Shown here piece after piece: positions 1 to 12,743 of a stretch of DNA of 64,000 bases. The position numbers and the translations under genes are program-made. Under the pieces are notes generated by a model. The model saw only the letters and a list, made by a program, of their open reading frames with translations. It had not been told where the DNA came from and made no database searches. The stretch lies in contig OX597834.1 of the NCBI GenBank assembly GCA_951406725.2, positions 5,580,001 to 5,644,000 on the forward strand, read 5' to 3'. Every line of letters starts with the position of its first letter. Position 1 is the stretch's first letter. The stretch is from Octopus vulgaris (taxonomy: Eukaryota).

Positions 1-745
1 TCCATGTGTTTACTTTTGTTGCTTTCTATGTTACTTCTAGTTTTTGTTTTGATTTGATCTTTGCTATCGAACGACATTTTTCACATTTATATTTCAACAC
101 AGCGAGAGGTTTGCTGACTGATGCTACAGAAAGAGCAATTTTCACACAACGTTGACACTTGCTACTGACTACTTTGTTTATCGTTGTAATAGAATGTACA
201 TCTACAGTATAATCTATTGGTCCTTATTATTGAAAGTGTCGTGGGGAGATTTGCTGTCGTTCAGAGAATGTCTCGTTGCTGGACCGTTTTTGTTGCAGAA
301 AAGCTGCATGTAGAATAACCGAAGCAAACCCGTGAACATTTAACTGAAATATATATTGTCGAACATAAAGGTATTTAGTGTTGGGTATTTCCAATGAACA
401 ATATTAATAAATACTGACTGGACGTAAGAAAAACTGCTTTGAAATTATAGAAAGCTGTTTTGTGACAACATGCGGTTAGTTCAAATATGCACAGTCATCT
501 GCATAAATCTCCGTGGCGTCTGCATGGCAGGAGTGGAGGATCGAGTCAGCCAGCCGCCTTCAACACTGCCATTAGAAAAGCGCAAAAAAAGCGATTTATT
601 TTAAAGGGAACTAGAGAAAAAATTCGAGAAAACCACACAACGTCGTAGCCTCACGCTTATTGATCAATTTATAGATTGACGAAGTGAAACTATTGTGTTT
701 CATCCGTGGTGTCTGACCGAGTATCTAGCGGTTAGGATCCAAACA

Positions 746-1062
746 TTTTCTTTATTTTGGCACTCAGGCCACAAATATAGAGGGGACACTACAAGGACAG
801 ACACAACACCACAGTGGGGACCAAAAACACAAAACGAATAAGTATGAATATTATATAATAATGAAAGATGAATGGCTGCGTGGGCCCCACTCCTCATGCA
901 GTACCATTTGAACATTTGTACTCACAGTCACTATTTGTTGATTTTTCTTTATCATTTTTTCAAAAACTTTTTCCTTTCTTTTTTCCTTTTTTTTTTTAAA
1001 AAAAAGAAAGAAATTATTATTTTTTTCTTTTAACGTCTCATATACTGCTCAAGTTCTAACAA
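746..1062 (-). mobile_element. 5'-truncated LINE 3'-UTR-like insertion with 23-bp TSD
   Basis: ATCTAGCGGTTAGGATCCAAACA is exact at 723-745 and 1063-1085. The minus-strand end GTCTGTCCTTGTAGTGTCCCCTCT...AATAAAGAAAA resembles the SINE-B and Tx1-like tails. Confidence 0.65.
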
Positions 1063-1585
1063 ATCTAGCGGTTAGGATCCAAACAACCGCTACAAATATG
1101 CAGCTTTCTTACACAGCTGACAATTTCAAATGACTTTACAGCTTTTCCACACTGTTGAAGGTTGCTATTCGCCGTATAACAAAATCTGTAAGCAGCAGCT
1201 ATTGGCTGTGCAGCATTTAGCTGACAGAACCGTTTGTATATTGTGTTAGCAATTGTTACATATTGTAAACTTTTTCTTTTTGTAGACTGCAGGAACCAGA
1301 TTTAACAGATTTCATATTCTGCTGAGTGTTACTGTTGATATTACAGATTTCATGAACCGTTAAACGTTGCTATTAGATGTATTATTTTCTAAAATGCCAA
1401 AAGTTGCTACAGACTTTACAGCTTTCATTTTCTGTTAACAGTTACTATTGATTATCCAACTGTCATATTCTGTTGAATGTTGCAACTGTATATTCAGGTT
1501 TCATAAAATAGTGGTACATGATTACCTAAAACTAGAATTTTTAAGAGCTTCGTAATAAGTAAGCAATATATATATATATATATAT

Positions 1586-1937
1586 CTTTCTTTCTCTTTT
1601 ACTTGTTTCAGTCATTTGACTGCGGCCATGCTGGAGCACCGCCTTTAATCGAGCAACTCGACCCCGGGACTTATTCTTTTGTAAGCCCAGTACTTATTCT
1701 ATCGGTATCTTTTACCGAACCGCTAGGTAACGGGGACATAAACACACCAGCATCGGTTGTCAAGCAATGTTAGGGGACAAACACAGACACACAAACACAC
1801 ACACACGCATATATATATATACATATATATACGACGGGCTTCTTTCAGTTTCCGTCTACCAAATCCACTCACAAGGCTTTGGTCGGCCCGAAGCTATAGT
1901 AGAAGTCACTTGCCCAAGTTGCCACGCAGTGGGACTG

Positions 1938-1938
<1 letters not shown>
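1586..1938 (-). mobile_element. SINE family A (tRNA-derived), 5'-truncated
   Basis: Near-identical to about 12 other copies in the window; (AAAAGAGT)-like tail. Confidence 0.9.
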
Positions 1939-1988
<50 letters not shown>

Positions 1989-2109
1989 TAATACGTGACA
2001 ATTATTCGGTTTCGGTAGCCATGATAAAACATATTACGTTTACAGATAAATTTCTCTATTTACATAATATCACGCTCTCTTTCTTTCTTTTGTTATCTTA
2101 CCGTTTTTA

Positions 2110-2113
<4 letters not shown>

Positions 2114-2163
<50 letters not shown>

Positions 2164-2168
2164 TATAT

Positions 2169-2232
<64 letters not shown>
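2114..2232. repeat. (TA)n/(TAGA)n microsatellite
   Basis: Direct reading. Confidence 0.95.
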
Positions 2233-2233
<1 letters not shown>

Positions 2234-2476
2234 AAGAAATATATATACCCCGTGCCTCTTATTTTTAAATTTAAAATTCTAACATCTTAATCCCTCCAAG
2301 TATTGTATTAATTATCCGCTAGGCGTCTCCGCATGATGATATCGACTTACATTTGAGCTAGGTGCTATCAATACATTTAGATTAAATTCCAATTTACGAA
2401 GTGTAGTTTTTTTTTCTTATTTACATCTACTTAGCCACACTAGAATACGTAAGGTTGTCCTTAACTTTGCTGTGGT

Positions 2477-2650
2477 TAAGGTGGTGAGCTGGCACAATCG
2501 TTAATGTGTCGAGCAAAAATACTTAGAGGCACCTCTTATGGCTCTTTACTTTCTGAGTCCAAACACCGTCAAGATCAACTTTGGCTTTCATTATTTCGGG
2601 GTAAGTGAAATAAAGTAACAGTCAAGAGCTGAGGTCGATAATATCAGCCA
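2477..2650 (+). mobile_element. Old diverged SINE-B-related copy
   Basis: AAGGTGGTGAGCTGGCACAATCGTT head and degenerate CTTTCAT...TCGGGG domain. Confidence 0.65.
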
Positions 2651-2740
2651 TGAAGTAGGATGGATTTGATGGTTTTTTTTTTTTACTTTAATGCTGGAAC
2701 ATTTAAGCAACAAGTCATATATACTTCGTTTAAGAATACC

Positions 2741-2972
2741 TATTTCTTTACTACCCACAAGGGACTAAACACAGAGAGGACAAACAAGGACAGACAAACG
2801 GATTAAGTCGATTACATTGACCCCAGTGCGTAACTGGTACTTAATTTATCGACCTTGAAAGGATGAAAGGCAAAGTCGACCTCGGTGGAATTTGAACTCA
2901 CAACGTAATGACAGACGAAATACGGCTACGCATTTCGCCCGGCGTGCTAACGGTTCAGCCAGCTCGCCACCT
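2741..2972 (-). mobile_element. SINE family B, single full copy with 19-bp TSD
   Basis: TSD 2722-2740 vs 2973-2991 (17/19 identical), ending in AATACC. Confidence 0.9.
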
Positions 2973-3513
2973 TACTTTGTTTAAAAATACCATCTCACAA
3001 CTACCTTGAATGGTTCAGGGTCTAGGACAGTGAATTTATGCAATTTATGCAAATTTATTTTATATGCAGGTCAATAGATATGCCAAACACATCTTTCAAA
3101 CCTTTGTATTCAAATGGGCTCACTTATTTGTTTCGGTTTTCTAACGGAGATTTAAGAAAAAATTACCTTATACACAGAATAAAATAGTCTTAAAGAGTAA
3201 CACATAGCACAGAGGTAGTGAACACTTGGTTTGGTGCCGGTGTCTAATAGTTATTCTTGCTGCAGTTTCCTTTGTAACTTTCCGCCTGCTTAACGGTTTA
3301 AGTTTAAGTCTCGTTCCCACTGAAGCAGACTTAATTGTTAAATCAAATGTCAATAACCGTTGCTATCAGTGAAGCGAAGCGTGAAATCACCATAAAAAGA
3401 AGGGTAAACGGAGACGGTGATTAAAACCAGATTATTTACATGCAGAGTGCAGAAAGCGTTGGTATCAGTTCAGTTATGTTGAGTACATTAGTGAGTATAT
3501 ATCTACACATCAT

Positions 3514-3906
<393 letters not shown>

Positions 3907-4040
3907 CATTTATCTGCCTATCTAGTTATTTATCTATCTATAAACATACATATATGTATGAATCAAGAAATTTCAATATGTATTCTAATTTTCTAATTTG
4001 CATATATTTAAATTTCTAACATGTATACATATGCCTGAAA

Positions 4041-4454
4041 GGCATGGCAGTGTGGTAAGAAGTTTGCTTCCCAGCCACATGGTTCTGGGCTCAATCCCAC
4101 TGCCTGACACCTTCGACAAGAATATTCTACTATAGCCTCGGGCTGACAAAAGACTTGTCGCTGGATTTGGTGAGTGGATTTCAGAAGCTGAAAATAGCCC
4201 GTCGTAAATATGTGTATGTGTATCTTTGTGTCTGCGCGTGTGTGTTTGTGTTTGTCCCCCACCACGCTTGACAACCGGTGCTAGTGTGTTTACGTCCCCG
4301 TAATCTAGCGGTTCGACAAAAGACTCTGATAGAGTAAGTACCAAGCTTTAAAAAAAAAAGTTATGGTGGGGTGTCGATACATGCAACTAAAAGTTCATGG
4401 AATTGCCACAGCACGATCGCTGTCAAAGGAGTGAAATAAGTAAAAAAATAAAAG
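4041..4454 (+). mobile_element. SINE family A, diverged
   Basis: A-box TGGCAGTGTGG, B-box-like GGCTCAATCCC, family body. Confidence 0.8.
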
Positions 4455-4460
4455 GTATAT

Positions 4461-4840
4461 AGGCGCAGGAGTGGCTGTGTGGTAAGTAGCTTGCTTACGA
4501 ATCACATGATTCCGGATTCAGCTCCACTGTGTGACACCTTGGGCAAGTGTATTGTACTATAGCCATGGGCTGACCAAAGCCTTGTGAGTGGATTTGGTAG
4601 ACGAAACTGGTGTATGTGTGTGTAGGTTTGTGCGTCCGTGTTTGTTTCCCCCAAAACATCGCTTGACAACCGATGCTAGTGTGTTTACGTCCCTGTAACT
4701 TAGCGGTTCGGCAAAAAAAGACCGATAGAATAAGTACTAGGCTTACAAAGAATAAGTCCTTGGGTCGATTTGCTCGACTAAAGACGGTGCTCCAGCATGG
4801 CCACAGTCAAATGACTGAAACAAGTAAAAGAATAAAAGAG
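4461..4840 (+). mobile_element. SINE family A
   Basis: GGCGCAGGAGTGGCTGTGTGG head and family tail; internal deletion. Confidence 0.9.
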
Positions 4841-4857
4841 TGTGTGTGTATATATAT

Positions 4858-4906
<49 letters not shown>

Positions 4907-4984
4907 CATAGATACAAATGAGTTTGACAAATGAGTTAAATTGGCGCAGACCATATTTCGTAGTTAAATATATTATCATTTAAT

Positions 4985-5037
4985 GCTAGTTAAAGTTTCG
5001 TAGGCTTTCCCTATGAACCTAGCTCGTCAGGCTTAGC
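4985..5037 (-). ncRNA. Degenerate type I hammerhead-like motif
   Basis: Minus: GCTAAGC-CTGACGA-G(C)TAGG..CCTAC-GAAA-CTTTAAC-TAGC. Helix III and the cleavage triplet are imperfect. Confidence 0.35.
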
Positions 5038-5776
5038 CGGCTGAATGGAGAAATAGGGAAATTCAAGATCGTCGTTATAGACTGGGCTACTCTACTATTG
5101 GTCAAGACGTGTCACTTGGTATTGTAGATATTGGTATTGAAGTACCAGTTACATCAAACAGAGATCCCATATACATTGTGTCTGTAATAAAAAACTTTTT
5201 TCAAAAACTTCTCTTTAGACATCTAAACAATTGGTAAAATAGTAGAATCAGACAAGATAAAAATTAGTAACTGAACTGAATGTAATTGAAAGGATCTTAG
5301 AAGAAATATCAAATGAATTGAAAATTCTTTCAAACGAATTCCGCCCACATCAACATTTCGATAACTAGAACAAACCGATAATCACAGGGGAAGAGTAGAG
5401 ATTTTGTTGGCATTGAAACACAAGGCAAATCCCAAAGGATGTCTGTGTTCGACTACTGTGATATCAACAGGAACATGACTCTCAGATGTACAGGATATAA
5501 CAAAGGAGTGAAATACTTAAATAATTAATTAAAGAAAAATGCATATAAGTAGAGAAACCGAGTGAAGGTCTGGGATTGACTAATTAATTATAGAAAACCA
5601 GTCTCTCGGAAGACACTTAGGAACAAAATAACTGTCAGATACACAGGAAATGTGATTATCATCATCATCAATTAGTAAGGGTAACATGATTTGATAGTAG
5701 TTGGTAAACCGGTGAGTTGTCTGTTTTGGCATGATTTCTACGGCTGGAGGCCCTTCCTAATACTAACCACACCATA

Positions 5777-6060
5777 GGAATTACAACCTTGTTTCGTGGT
5801 CTGCTACCACAACAGCTCCTTTATAGGATCCAGTTAGCTCAAGACATCATCAGGAGGAACCACGTCCGATTTCGGCCCCTACTCCTCTACCGTTTTGACG
5901 TGGCGCCCCCACCTTTCGGAGGTGTCTTCAGCTCTGGTGTTGGGTGCATGTCTTCTTTCTTCTTCTTTCTTCTGTTTCCTGGCCTCTTCGATGTATCGTC
6001 AGCGAGTGTCAGCCGGTGACTGACTGACTTGTAAAATTTTTCCCTTTAAATACCTGCCGC
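5777..6060 (-). mobile_element. Dispersed GC-rich repeat, probable PLE pseudo-LTR fragment
   Basis: Second copy at 51168-51443. Minus strand has TATTTAAA, then CTGATGA...GAAAC near the shared end. Confidence 0.55.
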
Positions 6061-6269
6061 TAAGCAATTTGATCCTTTATTCTCCCCCCGCTGGGTGCTT
6101 TTGCGTGTCATCGGCAATGGCCACAATTACGATTTCAAGATGAGAAAAAGGGTCAAATTTTATCCTAAGCCATCAACGACAAGAGGAAAGACCACGTTAC
6201 GAAGCTTTTGAATAAACTCTAGTATCCCCTCCAACCGAACGAGCTTCGGTTTTTTTCAGACGAGATCAG

Positions 6270-6856
6270 ATGGTGAACATACAGAACAACCGAGGGGGAT
6301 AAAAATCAAGCATCCAGTCAACCATCATGGCGTTTGGAGTGATCGTTAGTGATGGTGACGTTATGCCTCCATTTCTCTTCCCACATGGCCTCACCACGGG
6401 GGCCTACACATGCTGGAAGACCCGATGTCTGGCATCAGGACTTTGCACCATGCCTCACAAGCAGGAGATTCCAGTCATGGCAGTCAGACAATTTCTGCGA
6501 CCACATCACTCCTAACATCTGACCAACTAACTCCCCAGACTGAAGCCCCTCTGATTATTATGTGTGGGCCGCAGTTGAGCGAGAAAACAACAAAACTCCT
6601 TGTAATACCAAAGATGAACTGATGGTAAGGATCATGGCAGCATTCACCAACTGAAACAAGATCATCCAAAAGAGTTGCAGGATATTTCGAAGTCATCTGG
6701 AGGTCGTGGCTGAAGCCAATGGCGATTTCACTGAATAAATTTAAATATTCAAGATATGTTTACGTAATTTTGTTAAATATATCTGTTAAAATGAGATGTC
6801 AGTGTTATTTTCATTTTTGCGTAACTTAGACAACAATTTATTCACCGCATCTTGTA
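6270..6856 (+). mobile_element. Tc1/mariner (maT-like) transposase remnant with right end
   Basis: Fragments KHPV..MAFGVIVSDGDVMPPF, DFAPC and PLDYYV across frameshifts; ends ...CTTG|TA. Confidence 0.75.
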
Positions 6857-7059
6857 TATATATGTATTTATGCGTGTGTACATTTTTTTAGGTTCAATTA
6901 TAATAAAAACAATTTCATATTACGGAGATGTACTTGTATAGCAAGTGACTTGATCTGAGATCGTGTGCTGGAACGAAAACAATTGCAGCGTGGAAGGTGT
7001 TTATAAGCCATTTAAGAAACACACAAAACCGTTAGATTCACTTCAACATCTAAGTTTAA

Positions 7060-7110
7060 TTTGTCAAAATATTTTCGTCGCTTTGAGACCGCGACTTGTT
7101 CACTGACAAA
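7060..7110 (-). ncRNA. Type I hammerhead architecture with G3:C8 swapped core
   Basis: Minus: TTTGTCA-GTGAACA-A-GTCGC(loop)GCGAC-GAAA-ATA-TTT-TGACAAA. 7-bp helix I, 5-bp helix II. Confidence 0.6.
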
Positions 7111-7716
7111 GTTCCGTGGTGCCATATTTCATATTAATAGAAGGGATTACACCATACATTTGTAGAGCACAAATTTATTGGTCTGAAGCAAGAATTGTAC
7201 TCACTGTGACTTGAAAGATTCAGGCAGCTGAGCTATCATTATTCTAATGATGGCTTAGGCAGCTGAAAGCTTGAAATCACTGTCAATATTAATCTTATTA
7301 AAGAATAATATACATGTAGGAACGACCGTGTGCAGGAGAGGTGACGAACGAACGACTCCTTTAATATACCGCACGGTCGCTTACAATAAAGGCAAAATGG
7401 ATAAATGAGTATGAGAGCCAGAAGGTAAAGAAAGACACAACCGAGAGAAGGTTTAAGAGAATATTTTATTTAGGTGTTAACATGTGTGTGTCTGTGTGTT
7501 CGTCATAAGTACATATATAGTAATAACAATAGACAGGCCGTCATGTATACATAATGTGTATGCGTGTACAAACAAGTGTGTATGTGCGAGAGATAACATA
7601 CAGAGCATTGAAAGAGTCTAGCCAACATTAGAAAGCTGAACGCTTCAAATCACATTGTGACCAGTGATGTATGACAAAATTTGATGTTCTGGTCGGTCAA
7701 ATGATCATGTGATATA

Positions 7717-8138
7717 TACTCTTTTACTCTTTTACTCTTTTACTTGTTTCAGTCATTTGACTGCGGCCCTGCTGGAGCACCGCCTTTTTAATCAAGCAAC
7801 TCGACCCCGGGACTTATTCTTTTGTAAGCCCAGTACTTATTCTATCGGTCTCTTTTGCCGAACCGCTAAGTAACGGGGACATAAACACACCAGCATCGGT
7901 TGTTAAGCAATGCTCGGGGACAAACACAGACACACAAACACACACACGCATATATATATATATACATATATACGACGGGCTTCTTTCAGTTTCCGTCTAC
8001 CAAATCCACTCACAAGGCTTTGGTCGGCCCGAGGCTATAGTAGAAGACACTTGCCCATAGTGCCACGCAGTGGGACTGAACCCGGAACCATGTGGTTGGT
8101 AAACAAGCTACTTACCACACAGCCACACTCCTGCGCCT
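7717..8138 (-). mobile_element. SINE family A, full length
   Basis: Complete from head to tail. Confidence 0.92.
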
Positions 8139-8346
8139 ATATATATATATATTCTTTTATTCTTTTACTTTTTCCAGTTACCTTTTGACTGAGGCCATGC
8201 TGGAGCACTGCTTTGAAGAGTTTTAGTCGAACAAATCTATCCCAAGACTTGTTTATTTTTTTAAGTCTTATTATCAGAGCTTTTGCCAAACCATTAAGTT
8301 ATGGGAATGTAAACACACCAGCATCGGTTGTCAAGCCACATGTCTA

Positions 8347-8545
8347 TATAGGGAGAGTTTACGAAAAGAAAAACAACAAAAGATGAAGACAGGTGGTGTA
8401 CAAAACAAACAAATGTATTAGTATAACGCTCAGGAATAGAAAAAGTCTTTTACGTTTCGAGCCTACGCTCTTCTACAGAAACGGACACAGAAAAAACAAG
8501 GAGAGAAAAAAGTGTGTAGTGGCTAATGTTCTATCATGGCGACTG
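8347..8545 (-). mobile_element. Short PLE-like repeat with variant hammerhead
   Basis: Minus 8448-8481: TTT-CTGTAGA-A-GAGC(GTAG)GCTC-GAAACGTA-AAA. Related to 34027-34240. Confidence 0.5.
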
Positions 8546-9049
8546 ACATGGATGGATGGATGGATGGAAAATATTTTAATCAAACGTTACAAAGTGTTGG
8601 TATCCAAAGAGTAGTTGCTATAATTTTAAGATAGCTCTAGAGTAAATAACAACATCAATATTTTAAAAATTTGATGTTTCAGCAAAGAAATCTTGTGTTT
8701 ACTAATTCTCCAGCTCTTTTGAAATTAACATTTTGTATCTTTAAAGACAATTGAATTGCTTAAGAATATGTCCTCGGAATTCAAATGTTCGGAACGAAAT
8801 TGACTCATAAGAGTTAAAGTAATTTTTTTTCTAAAAACGTGACGCCAAAACTTTAGATATAGATATAATAATCAAATAACCTTCTTTGTTCTTATCAAAC
8901 CATGCACATGCCTGAAAATATTTCCAGATCATATGCCAATATTTACATTTCATCTACATTTATAATATAATAAATATATAAATATATAACTAAGTAAATA
9001 GTTGCAGAACTGAATGAATGAATGAAATATCATAAAAATTGAGAAACAC

Positions 9050-9378
<329 letters not shown>

Positions 9379-9719
9379 GATGTTATCTATGTATGTATCT
9401 ATGTGTGTAAGTATATATGTCTTCTTATATAGTTGGATAAGATTTACAATGATTTTCCCCAGTATTTCTAATATATTCTACTTATTTAAAAAAAAAATTG
9501 GTGTTTTTTTCCCCAGTTTGCAATTTTTTCCATATTGTTGATACATTTATCCTTTTTACTACTGGATTATATTTTCTCACTAATCACCACTGAACTGAGG
9601 ACCAGGAGGAAGCATTTTGCCATTCAAGTACACTTAGACAAATATTTTCATTTGATTGTCATAACACTTATGTATGCAATTTTGAACCCTAATTTTATGG
9701 TAAGCAGTTTCACACTAAT

Positions 9720-9907
9720 ATTGTTGTATTTCGGAATGGTCATTTTGCCAATTTAGCCAGTTTCAGTGTTATTCTTTTTTTTTTTTTACATTGAACTTAA
9801 TCTTATTTCGGACAGAGTTCTTTCGTCACACTCCTGTGACCTCATCAGTGGTCCTTTGCTTTTTTCTTTCTTATTTGTGTCTCTGTCTTTACTAACCGTC
9901 AGCCATT
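9720..9907 (-). mobile_element. 188-bp hammerhead-bearing mini-element with 14-bp TSD
   Basis: AGTTTCACACTAAT at 9706-9719 and 9908-9921. A partial homolog lies at about 34600-34720. Confidence 0.7.
9810..9854 (-). ncRNA. Minimal type I hammerhead ribozyme
   Basis: Minus: GGACCA-CTGATGA-G-GTCAC(AGGAGT)GTGAC-GAAA-G-AA-CTC-TGTCC. Confidence 0.75.
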
Positions 9908-10128
9908 AGTTTCACACTAATCGTTCAATTATTTTACCTCCCTTTTACCATTTCACGAAATAGTGATAATTTCTTAAATAAAGATTTGAAGTTCGTGTGT
10001 TTGATGAGCAACTAAGGTGTTTTAATGAAAACTGGAAGTATGTGATCCTGGCTCACATTAGCAAGGAGATCCCAGCTTACATTAGCAATGCTATCTTCTA
10101 ATTAGCAATATATATTTTGAACTGAGCT

Positions 10129-10570
10129 AAGGCAGCAAGCTAGCAGCGTCATTAGCACACTAGGCAGAATGCGGCGAGCTGGCAGAAACGTTAGCACGCC
10201 GGGCGAAATGCGTAGCCGTATTTCGTCTGCCGTTACATTCTGAGTTCAAATTCCATTGAGGTCGACTTTGCTTTTCATCCTTTCGGGGTCGATAAATAAA
10301 GTACCAGTTACGCACTGGGGTCGATATAATCGACTTAATTCATTTGTCTGTCCTTGTTTGTCCGCTCTATGTTTAGCCCCTTGTGGGTAGTAAAGAAACA
10401 GGTATTTCATCCATCTTTAAGTACTGAGTTCAAATGCCACCAAGGTCAACTTTGCTTTTCAACCATTCAGAGTCAAGGAAATAAGTACCAGTTGAAAACT
10501 GAGGTCGATGTGATTGACTTACTCCCTCCCCAGGATTTTCTGATCTTGTGCCAAGATTTGAAATCAATAT
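10129..10570 (+). mobile_element. Young SINE-B (10171-10400) nested in an older SINE-B-related copy
   Basis: Old head 10129-10170, full young copy, then the old body resumes at GTATTTCATCC. Confidence 0.85.
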
Positions 10571-11231
10571 TTTGAACTGAGGTTAATTGAAATTATACTA
10601 GGAACTAATTTCATGAGTTTCTGCTTAGGCACACAAACTGTTAGAAATAGCAGTCAAATTTCCTTTAAAACATCCCCTCCTATCTTAAATGTAAATGGTA
10701 TAATCCCCAATATACAAATCCCCAATATACAATCCCCAATATACAAAAGAACTAGATTCTCGTTGTTGATACACCTTTGAGCAAGGGTATTTTTGATCGG
10801 AGCAACAACATAAATTACACCTTTTGTCTCTTAATCAAAGAGGATGGGTGTTGCCAATGACCCTTAATAGGAGCTCAAAGGTGATGGGATGACAAAGGAA
10901 AGTCTCCTTAAACTGAAACCCTGATTAAAATGCTTGTAAAAGAGTGGAGTCCATCATTATTTTCTAGGGGAAAGTGGTGACGTTGATCTAGATGACAGAC
11001 AAACCCAAGTAAGTCACATCAGGATTTGAACTCAAAACACAAAATCTAAAAGAAGGCGTCTCACCTGATGCTTTAACCATATCCACTTGACCACTGCCCC
11101 AGACTGGTGATTTATTTATCGACCTTAGAAGGATGATAGGCTAAATTGATTTCAGTGGGCTTTGAGGTCAGACTCAAGGTTCTGGAATAAATTCTGCAAG
11201 GCGTGTTTCATGAAGCATTTGCTATGTTTAA

Positions 11232-11453
11232 CCCTTTAGCATTTAAACCGGTTATATCTGGCCAAAACTATTCTGCCTGTTCTATGGTCAAAATGGCCAG
11301 ATCTGGTCTCTCACACCAACCCTACAATATCGTTTTAAAAATTAGCAGTTACCTCATCAAAATCTCATCGCTACAAGATAATGCATGATTAATTCAAAAC
11401 AATATGGCTAAAAAAAGCATTAATTTTGGAAGAATAATGCGAACACCAAAGGG
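11232..11453. mobile_element. piggyBac-like MITE
   Basis: TTAA|CCCTTT ... AAAGGG|TTAA termini. Confidence 0.75.
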
Positions 11454-11674
11454 TTAAGAGAAATCCCATGTAAATAAGCCCATATAAAAGGCATGATTCC
11501 CATCTTTGTACAAAACCTTATAAGGCAAGATTACACTTGGTACCCCTAAATTTGGCTTTTAACTCAATTCTACCTTCAGAGCAATGCTATTCATATTTGA
11601 TTAGAGATAGAAATTTACTATTTACTGTGTGGTGTCATATATAATGAAGAGTGAGAGTTTTCTCCATTTCACAG

Positions 11675-11752
11675 TGGCACTACCCGATGACCGAGGTCAA
11701 TGTTCTTCTGAATTTCTCATCACATGATCATGAATTTAAATCGTGCAGCAAG
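11675..11752 (+). other. Candidate 78-nt exon (WHYPMTEVNVLLNFSSHDHEFKSCSK)
   Basis: TTTTCTCCATTTCACAG acceptor and AAG|GTAAAT donor; open only in phase 0; no recognised homology. Confidence 0.22.
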
Positions 11753-11900
11753 GTAAATAAAATTCTCATTATATCAGATTACATCATTGGTAAATATTCT
11801 GACACTTCAAAAGCCAGTGGTAAATTACGGTTCTTTGAAAATCTTCAAATATCTTGAAAAATATTTGCAATTTTGAAGAAAAACAAATTATTCCAAATAT

Positions 11901-12069
11901 AGGTACAGGCATGGTTGTGTGGTAAGAGGTTTACTTCCAAACCATATAACTCCGGGTTCAGTCCCGGGGCTATGTAGTGGCATCTTGGGCAAGTGTCTTC
12001 AAATATAACCCCAGGTCAATCAAAGCCTTGTGAGTGGATTCGGTAGGTGGAAACTGGAAGAAACCGACA

Positions 12070-12100
<31 letters not shown>

Positions 12101-12288
12101 TATGTATGTATGTATATATCTATATCTATATAGATATAGATATATAGATGCCCTTCCTACTCGCGTTAGGAAGAGCATCCAGCTGTAGAAACTCTGCCAG
12201 ATCAAGATTGGAGCCTGGTGCAGCCATCTGGTTCACCAGCCCTCAGTCAAGTCGTCCCACCCATGCTAGCATGGAAAGTGGACGTTAA

Positions 12289-12328
<40 letters not shown>
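11901..12328 (+). mobile_element. SINE-A 5' part followed by an RTE-type 3' tail ending in (GAT)n
   Basis: Head 11901-12070; AGGAAGAGCATCCAGCTGTAGAAAC...GGACGTTAAATGATGATG at 12146-12328. Confidence 0.7.
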
Positions 12329-12329
<1 letters not shown>

Positions 12330-12743
12330 GATATATACATAAATGAAGAAACATGATGTGAGATGTGAGAAACATGAGGTGAGATGCCTCGCTTACCTGA
12401 ATTAGAGAGAATTAAAACCATTGTAGCCTATTCCACGATCTCATTGATACCTAACGAAACCATATTCATTTTCAAATTTTAGTGCAAGGCTACATATTGA
12501 CTCTGAAAGAATGAAAGGCAAAGTTGACCTCAGTTGGATTTGAACTCAGAACATAAAGATAGATGAAATACTGCTAAGCATTTCATTCGTTATGCTAACA
12601 ATTCTGCCAGCTTGCTACCTTACCTAACTAAACAGTACTGAGTTCCACTTTTGGCCCAATGCCAGATCTTTCGAGGAAGAGAGTAAGTTGATTACATGAT
12701 TACATCAAACCCAATGCTCAACTGGTACTTCATTTATCAATAC

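Noticed and set aside
7315-7710. Possible solo LTR (also about 49115-49320)
   Set aside because: Only a TGT end and an antisense AATAAA are present; no second terminus or TSD could be established.
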